Positions 1-5,296 of a stretch of 5,296 nucleotides of DNA are shown one piece after another. Location of the stretch: positions 1-5,296 of the forward strand of contig JADGIF010000675.1 in the NCBI GenBank assembly GCA_018985225.1, given 5' to 3'. Position 1 is the stretch's first letter. Each line of letters begins with the position of its first letter. Origin of the DNA: Amoeboradix gromovi X-113. Lineage: Eukaryota > Fungi > Sanchytriomycota. The notes beneath the pieces were generated by a model, which was not told the DNA's origin, did no database searches, and saw only the letters and a program-made list of their open reading frames with translations. Both the position numbers and the translations under genes were made by a program.

Positions 1-64
1 TTTTGTCATTTCTGCTTCAAAAAATATTAAAATTGCAAACGATAGATTAAGTTTTTATCACTAA

Positions 65-181
65 TTATCTCGAGAGGATGCAAATTATAAGCCTGTCAAA
101 GATTGTGCTATCTCATGCTCTGTTCAGTTGGATCCTCTCAATGTGAAGGCGTTGTTCAAGTTATAGATATCTTATTTGGCA
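65..181 (+). pseudogene. Degenerate TPR-repeat-like coding remnant
   Basis: Frame starting at 65 reads LSREDANYKPVKDCAISCSVQLDPLNVKALFKL*ISYLA. LDPxNVKALF(K/R)L-x-xSYL matches the TPR junction consensus (ALxLDPxNxKAxxRxGxAY). A TAG (164-166) sits where the conserved small residue is expected, and a TAA lies at 62-64. Recognised by eye only. Confidence 0.35.
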
Positions 182-283
182 AGGTCTAGTTTTTTTGCAT
201 ATTTATATAGACGAAAAGGTCTAGATTATGTACAATATATCCCTAAAAGAACCGATTAATTATAAATTAATTTACTTCAGCAC

Positions 284-1189
284 CTAATCCTTGTGCAAGT
301 TAAACGTATTCTTTACCGTGCTCGCGCATATATCCAACTTACCTTGCTCTTCTTCGTTCAAAGGAATTTCGACTATTCGCTCTGCTCCCGTTGAACCTAT
401 CACGCAAGGCCAGCTGATGACTGCCTCGTACTTTGGGTGGTAAACACTAATAGGTCTTACACTTTTTTGATCCAACAAGATGCTCTGGCACAAGCTGGCT
501 ACACATGCCCCAATCCCAAAATAAGTAGCGCCCTTTAAATCAATGATATCGTAAGCCTTTCGCATAACTTCTTTGCTAATAGCAGCTTGTTGCTCCCTGG
601 TGAGAACCGCAGAAATTGGAGACCCAGCAACAGCACTACAAGACCATCCGACAAACTGGGTGTCTCCGTGACTGCCCATTACATAAGCATGTACTGAGTT
701 ATCCTGAACTTTTAGTTCCGTGCTTAGTCGATGTCTCAATCGCATGGAGTCTAAAAACGTACCACTTCCAATAATTTGGTTTCTGGGTAAACTAGATACA
801 CTTTGAGCCAACATAGTTAGCACATCGACTGGATTACTAACTAACAAGATTATTGCGTCTGGCTTTGGAGTAAACGATGATAATATACTCTTCAGAATCG
901 AAAGATTACGGTCAATCAAATCATCTCTACTTTCGCCAGGCTTTTGTTTAGCACCGGCAGTGATAACTATTATGTCCGCAGTACTTACGTCTGCATAACT
1001 ACCCTGAATTATGCTTGTGTTGCTGAGAAACAGTGCGTCCTCCAAGTCATATACTTGTCCTCTCACCACCGCTTCGATTGGATCAACAAGAAATATTTTG
1101 GCTGCAACCTTATGCAATATTAGTGCATATGCTATAGTAGCCCCAACGCTACCTGCGCCTACTATTGCTATTTTGTGAGAGCTTACCAT
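284..1189 (-). CDS. ldh: NAD-dependent L-lactate dehydrogenase (LDH/MDH superfamily), 301 aa, intronless
   Basis: Rossmann motif KIAIVGAGSVG, acidic LVD, mobile loop ITAGAKQKPGESR with the LDH-specifying Gln, VSNPVD, GSGTFLDSMR (catalytic Asp and substrate Arg), catalytic His in GSHGD, and KGATYFGIG. ATG is in a strong Kozak-like context (AACCATGG). Co-linear by eye with Rhizopus LdhA as I recall it. Confidence 0.95.
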   Translation of the reverse strand: MVSSHKIAIVGAGSVGATIAYALILHKVAAKIFLVDPIEAVVRGQVYDLEDALFLSNTSIIQGSYADVSTADIIVITAGAKQKPGESRDDLIDRNLSILKSILSSFTPKPDAIILLVSNPVDVLTMLAQSVSSLPRNQIIGSGTFLDSMRLRHRLSTELKVQDNSVHAYVMGSHGDTQFVGWSCSAVAGSPISAVLTREQQAAISKEVMRKAYDIIDLKGATYFGIGACVASLCQSILLDQKSVRPISVYHPKYEAVISWPCVIGSTGAERIVEIPLNEEEQGKLDICASTVKNTFNLHKD

Positions 1190-1461
1190 GGTTACAAGGG
1201 ATGATCGCTTTTTAAATTAGTGACTGCCCAGGGTTTCATATTTGGATCGGGTAGAATGAAATGATGAGAGATAAACTATGAAATAATGCGAGCTAAAGCA
1301 AGAATAGAATCAAAAATAGATTTTTTGGTTAACAACGCAATCACTTGCTTATCGAAGCGATAGTATCTTAAAACTCTGTGAAATCACTAGTTAAACGGGG
1401 CGTGCCATATGAAAAGTAAACCTGAAGTAGCTAGTGGCAACAAATAGGCTGCCCAGATTCC

Positions 1462-1849
1462 ATGGAAAAGGAAGTCAAAAATGTATTATGGGATCCAGAG
1501 ACAGTTATTGAATTTTGTAAAATAAATCATTTATCGAGAATTTGTGTGTATTTTTATGTAGTTCCATGACTTTCCCAATACTTAATGTACTCGATACTCT
1601 TCATTTTCGCAAATGGTAAATGGAATCAATGGATGTAATCTTGAATATGTCAAATCTAAAGATACTACATGTCTTTTAACCCGGCCCCAAAAGAGATCAA
1701 CAACAAACAAACCTGTAAAACATTTATTTACTAATTCGTATGCGATTGTTCTTACTACATGTACAACAATAGAGATCATATGGCAGCAAGGAATATATAC
1801 AAGTATATGCATCCTTATTCAATCCCGCCTCCGTATAATGAGAGCGTGA
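1462..1849 (+). pseudogene. Disrupted SAM (sterile alpha motif)-like gene with a downstream PPxY motif
   Basis: From ATG 1462 the frame reads MEKEVKNVLWDPETVIEFCKINHLSRICVYFYV, which fits the SAM N-half pattern W-x-x-E-x-V-x-x-(W/F)-x5-L-x6-F. A different frame from 1619 reads NGINGCNLEYVKSKD, which fits the SAM NxIxGxxLxxLxxxD segment. The two are separated by 58 nt containing a TGA (1567-1569). PPPY is encoded at 1825-1836 in the first frame. Confidence 0.4.
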
Positions 1850-1853
1850 GCAA

Positions 1854-2200
1854 TCACCTTAGCGGATTTACCAGAATACTAGTTTCTCTGTGGAAATTCT
1901 CGATTTTCTCGGAAATCAGGACTTTTAACGAGGAGCACAACTTGCATGTGCAACCCAGGTACTTTAACAATCTTAAGGTACCCTATGAGTTTGTAAATCA
2001 GCTTTTTGTTTAGTTGATATAAATCTGCCGACATGACTTATTAGTCATCTTCCGGTAAATGCCTTTTAGTTGACGTATTCAAGTATGATATCTGGTACAT
2101 TTACGTGTCCTGTGACAAAAACCTAGACATAATGAACTCTATCCAGCACTCAAAGGGTGCACATTTGGTTATAGTTGGACCATTTCGTGAATCTGGCGCT
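1854..2200 (-). pseudogene. Possible eroded SMYD-type SET/post-SET domain remnant
   Basis: Three motifs occur in the expected order on the minus strand but with frame changes and stops: SNYNQMC (2179-2159; cf. SxxNHSC), ISYL (2091-2080; cf. GEExxISY) and LLKYLGCTCKLC (1970-1935; cf. post-SET FxCxCxxC). Confidence 0.25.
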
Positions 2201-2481
2201 ATTTAGAGTACTTTTATTCCAACGGATATGGCATGGTAATGAACAAGATTGAAAATCTGTGTTTGTGAAAACTTTTGAAGCACTTCTAATAAATGCTCTG
2301 ATGGCATAAATTTTGTATTTATGAATAGATACTATTTCGTCTAATATGAATGTTTCTGGGTGATTAAATACGGGAACCTCCATTAAGTTAATTAGTTTTA
2401 TAGTGAATCAAATATTAGCTAACATTAAACTACGCTTTAATATTCTTTATGTCGCTCAAAGTGATTACTTGAAATTATTTA

Positions 2482-3969
2482 TTAAATCAATTTCATGTGT
2501 CCACAGCCAAATAATTTCCAATATATTCCAATCTGCTGATCTTCGTCTAAACCGTCAAACCATTTCTCAGCTCTATTTTCTTCAGCAGGCATATTTTGTT
2601 TCTTCAATATGTTTCCCAATTCGGCATAAACCAGTGACTTTGTGTATTTATTGTTTTCTAGACTAAGTAAATTCAATTTTCCATCACAATTATTATTTAA
2701 CAAATACATTTTGGCACTGAACTGACTATATGTGCTGACATGATACCCAATAAAGGCTGTTGCCATGCTAACTACATACTGATCAATGATTGGCATCATT
2801 CGTGGATTGTTTAGTTCTACATTAAAATCACTTTGAAAAAAGGTACATGGATAAAGATTCAGCAGCTTCATGATACCTTCGTGATGCAGTGGATCCTTGA
2901 CATCTGTAGCCATATATATTAAAAATGGTGATTTTGTTGATTTTGCAAACGCCCACTCTTTAGAGTGCATCAAGCACTCCTGCAACAGGGATGATCGGTT
3001 GTATATGTTTAAATTTTCTGTTCCACTATCTTTATCATCGGAAGTGTAAAATCTAGGCCAGGTATATTTGCCATTAAGTAAGTCTTTTATTGTAAAGGAC
3101 GTGCTATATAGCATACCTGGTAAGTTTGAGTTGCGGTGACTTAAAAAAATTGACTTATATTCATCTAGCTGAGTAATAATTTGATTCATAAGATATTCGC
3201 TGGACGACCGAAATTGATGTTCTTCCGCTCTGTAATGGATCCCGATAAAGTGAATCAGTAATTCAGCAATCTTCTTACTATTCTCGTAATACACATTGCT
3301 TTTGTTTAATGCAAATTTGTTACTTATGGAGTGCGCTAGATTAACATTTTCATTATTTTTTAATCCAAACCTCTTTGAGCCAAACAATGAGCCAAAAAAC
3401 AAGTACTTATTGCCTACACGATTTAGACGGTCTATTGATATCTTATTGCTCTTGCAAGTTGTAGCATTCGAATTAAGATTAAATGGATTCTCTATATAAT
3501 AATCTGTTATTATATATTTGCACTTTAAATCATTCAAAATGTAGTAGACATTTTGGTTAGGAGTGCCGAAGTAGTTGACAGACTCCATAATACTAACGTT
3601 GTGCTCATTTGCTACCGAGTTTAAATTAGAAATGCTAGACCATTTTACAACATCTTCTATAGGATCGCTGATTATATAGTCAGAGTTATGCTTAAATATG
3701 GTGGCAATCTTTGTCTTTATGGTAAAATAGAGAAAATAAAAAGACTGCTTTGGACTGGATTTACCGATAAAAAGGGGTGGAATAATTAAGGTGCGATTTA
3801 GCAATTTGGATAAAATTAATGCATTTTCCAGTGAGATCCTCTGGTTGTTCATGCCTGAATGCGGCAAGTACATCAAATATTTTGTTCCACATAAACCTGG
3901 GAATTTTAGATCCTGATTGAAAGGAAAATAAATCAAAAACGTCCCAAGAAATATTAAGAACGGAAACAT
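2482..3969 (-). CDS. GDP-fucose protein O-fucosyltransferase-family (O-FucT, GT-B fold; fungal CigA-like) glycosyltransferase, ~495 aa, N-terminal signal/anchor
   Basis: N-terminal motif KYLMYLPHSGMNNQRISLENALILSKLLNRTLIIPP, then FFGSLFGSKR, FIGIHYR (H-x-R donor-binding Arg), IYMATD, YPCTFFQSDF and IIDQYVVSMATAFIGYHVSTYS (D-x6-A-x-x-FxG-x3-ST(F/Y)S). The first in-frame ATG is at 3969 and is followed by hydrophobic FPFLIFLGTFLIYFPF. The track's start at 4098 is a TTG. Confidence 0.85.
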   Translation of the reverse strand: MFPFLIFLGTFLIYFPFNQDLKFPGLCGTKYLMYLPHSGMNNQRISLENALILSKLLNRTLIIPPLFIGKSSPKQSFYFLYFTIKTKIATIFKHNSDYIISDPIEDVVKWSSISNLNSVANEHNVSIMESVNYFGTPNQNVYYILNDLKCKYIITDYYIENPFNLNSNATTCKSNKISIDRLNRVGNKYLFFGSLFGSKRFGLKNNENVNLAHSISNKFALNKSNVYYENSKKIAELLIHFIGIHYRAEEHQFRSSSEYLMNQIITQLDEYKSIFLSHRNSNLPGMLYSTSFTIKDLLNGKYTWPRFYTSDDKDSGTENLNIYNRSSLLQECLMHSKEWAFAKSTKSPFLIYMATDVKDPLHHEGIMKLLNLYPCTFFQSDFNVELNNPRMMPIIDQYVVSMATAFIGYHVSTYSQFSAKMYLLNNNCDGKLNLLSLENNKYTKSLVYAELGNILKKQNMPAEENRAEKWFDGLDEDQQIGIYWKLFGCGHMKLI

Positions 3970-4081
3970 GGGGATTCTATAAAAACAAATTTGCGATGCA
4001 GGTTGAAAATTGCAATTAATCTTTAGAATTAAACAATGGCCAATCAAGATAATATAAAGGAAAGCATTCCGATTGAACCTA
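3970..4081. promoter_or_regulatory. Putative compact bidirectional promoter (112 bp between divergent ATGs)
   Basis: Lies between ATG 3969 (-) and ATG 4082 (+). Contains TATAAAAA (3978-3985), CCAAT (4040-4044) and TATAAA (4053-4058) on the + strand. These short motifs are weak evidence in AT-rich DNA; the gene geometry is the main support. Confidence 0.5.
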
Positions 4082-5101
4082 ATGTTTAAAGGTTTCAAAC
4101 AGAATCTTGAATTGAAATGGTCTCGATATGCATTAATTCTTTCGGTTGTTCAGTTCCTTGTCATGTCTATTAGTGAAGGATATGCCTCATATATGTTTTC
4201 CTCCAATGCATCAGCAATATCAACAGATGCTGTTGAATCAAAAGGTCCATTGGAGTTGAGAAATATCAAAGCTTTACAGGTTTATCACATATTGTACATC
4301 TTGGCTCACGCTTTTCAGCTGCTCTTCCTCATTGATTCCATTAAGAACCAAAATACAATTTCCTTAATAGCCGTTGCAATTTTTAATATATCATCCTTCA
4401 TATACAGCATCATTCAACAAAACCAATTTGCTTCCTTGGATCTCTCTTCTGATGTTAATGGCACTTGGGTAGATTCTTTGATATTGACTTATCAGATCAT
4501 CATGTGTCTTTGTATAATTTTCACAGTTCTTTCTGGCTTAGTTTGTTGGAAAATGCACAAGGAATTAGATTGGAAGATCTATAAGATATTAGGTGCTGAC
4601 GTTGCTCTTCGGAAGTTGTTTAGATGGTACCATTTCTTCTTGCTACTGTTAAAAATTGATTTATTTTTTTATGTTGGATTCTCAATTCAGTTCATTTTAT
4701 TGGTACTGGTCGATGACAATTCGACAGAAAACGGTACTATTAGCAACAACGGTAAAATGGCAATATCCGCAAACGCAACAATTGGATTTCTGACGGCTCT
4801 GGGATTGTACATTTTAGGTCAATATTCCTCCAAGTCGGAAAGTATAAAATTAATGAATTTGTTTTTAGCTGGGACTCTGGGTACTGTTATTTACTTTTTA
4901 TGGAAGATATCCCAGATACTTGATCCATCTGAAAGCACGCGATTTGAAAGTGTTCGCAAGTCTTTGGCAAATTTTACTTTTATGTGCATTGTTTTGGCAC
5001 TCACTAGTATGGCCGTGGGCTCTTTTGTTAAGAAGAATTTTGGAAAAGGACTGAAGACATATCTGAATGAGAGAAAGGAAACAAAAAGAAATGGAACTTG
5101 A
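4082..5101 (+). CDS. UPF0658-family (fungal Golgi-annotated, function unknown) multi-pass membrane protein, ~339 aa, ~8 TM helices
   Basis: Eight hydrophobic segments. Family-like motifs NQNTISLIAVAIFN, WKIYKILGAD, LLLLKIDLFFYVGFSIQF and terminal NFGKGLK. The first ATG is at 4082; the track's start at 4073 is a TTG. Confidence 0.82.
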   Translation: MFKGFKQNLELKWSRYALILSVVQFLVMSISEGYASYMFSSNASAISTDAVESKGPLELRNIKALQVYHILYILAHAFQLLFLIDSIKNQNTISLIAVAIFNISSFIYSIIQQNQFASLDLSSDVNGTWVDSLILTYQIIMCLCIIFTVLSGLVCWKMHKELDWKIYKILGADVALRKLFRWYHFFLLLLKIDLFFYVGFSIQFILLVLVDDNSTENGTISNNGKMAISANATIGFLTALGLYILGQYSSKSESIKLMNLFLAGTLGTVIYFLWKISQILDPSESTRFESVRKSLANFTFMCIVLALTSMAVGSFVKKNFGKGLKTYLNERKETKRNGT

Positions 5102-5106
5102 AGTAG

Positions 5107-5122
5107 GCACTCTTTTGAGTGC
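5107..5122. repeat. Perfect 6-bp inverted repeat GCACTC-TTTT-GAGTGC just downstream of the stop codon; near copies elsewhere in the window
   Basis: Seen directly, beginning 6 nt after the end of the TGA (5099-5101). A 15/16-identical copy is at 2954-2969 and a reversed variant is at 2146-2160. Confidence 0.5.
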
Positions 5123-5296
5123 ACTGGTGAATCTATTTTCATGGTAACGTTCTTTGTTGCAGCCACCAAATTTTATTGAATAAACCATTTATTGTGGTAT
5201 CATCTCGCTTTTCATCAGTGGCAGGTGGTTCCATATTGTGTCATTTTGTACAGCCACATATACAGGAATCACTAGGAGTTACAGAAGACACTCTTT

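Noticed and set aside
181-225. Direct repeat AAGGTCTAG x2 (181-189 and 217-225)
   Set aside because: Only two 9-nt copies; not an array or CRISPR, and no element lies between them.
1168-1186. GTAAGC...CTCAC...TAG 19-nt intron-like string right after the LDH ATG
   Set aside because: The unspliced reading MVSSHKIAIVGAG supplies the first Rossmann strand; splicing would break the frame or the motif.
1261-1425. Box C (ATGATGA) and box D (CTGA) suggesting a C/D snoRNA
   Set aside because: No terminal stem and no recognisable rRNA-complementary guide; the motifs are expected by chance.
1582-1812. 76-aa minus-strand ORF
   Set aside because: No motif; antisense to the better-supported SAM-like remnant.
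2033-2048. Inverted repeat ATGACT-TATT-AGTCAT with AP-1/Yap-like sites
   Set aside because: Single 6-bp AT-rich stem, not near a supported gene start.
2403-2666. 87-aa + strand ORF (and likewise 3296..3499)
   Set aside because: Non-ATG starts, antisense to the glycosyltransferase, no motifs; shadow ORFs.
4073-4098. Apparent 26-bp head-to-head overlap of the two long ORFs
   Set aside because: Both track starts are TTG. Using the first ATGs (3969 and 4082) removes the overlap, as expected for a eukaryotic locus.
4891-5188. Two minus-strand ORFs of 92 and 96 aa
   Set aside because: Largely antisense to the UPF0658 CDS, with no recognisable domain.
1-5296. Stop-codon reassignment as an explanation for the broken frames
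   Set aside because: Three long genes translate fully under the standard code and end in TAG, TAA and TGA. The relics also need frameshifts, not just readthrough.
1-5296. Prokaryotic operon, phage or defence-island interpretation
   Set aside because: UPF0658 and the CigA-like O-FucT are fungal-type families, the LDH start is Kozak-like, and no consistent Shine-Dalgarno sites, CRISPR repeats, integrase or transposase were seen.

Overview
AT-rich eukaryotic DNA, most likely from an early-diverging (zoosporic- or zygomycete-grade) fungus. This is inferred from the gene families, not from a search. Three intact, apparently intronless genes are present: an L-lactate dehydrogenase resembling Rhizopus LdhA (284..1189, -), a GDP-fucose O-fucosyltransferase-family (CigA-like) glycosyltransferase (likely 2482..3969, -) and a UPF0658-family 8-TM membrane protein (likely 4082..5101, +). 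The last two are head-to-head across only 112 bp. The ORF track's TTG starts at 4098 and 4073 are probably artefacts. The spacers between genes appear to hold stop- and frameshift-broken remnants of protein-coding sequence: TPR-like (65..181), a weak SDR-like motif (1217..1339), SAM plus PPxY (1462..1849) and SET/post-SET-like (1854..2200). The LDH has GSHGD in place of the canonical GEHGD active-site motif. No rRNA, tRNA, CRISPR array or recognisable transposase was seen. No new system can be demonstrated from the sequence alone. The best leads are the divergent O-FucT/UPF0658 pair and the cluster of gene relics.
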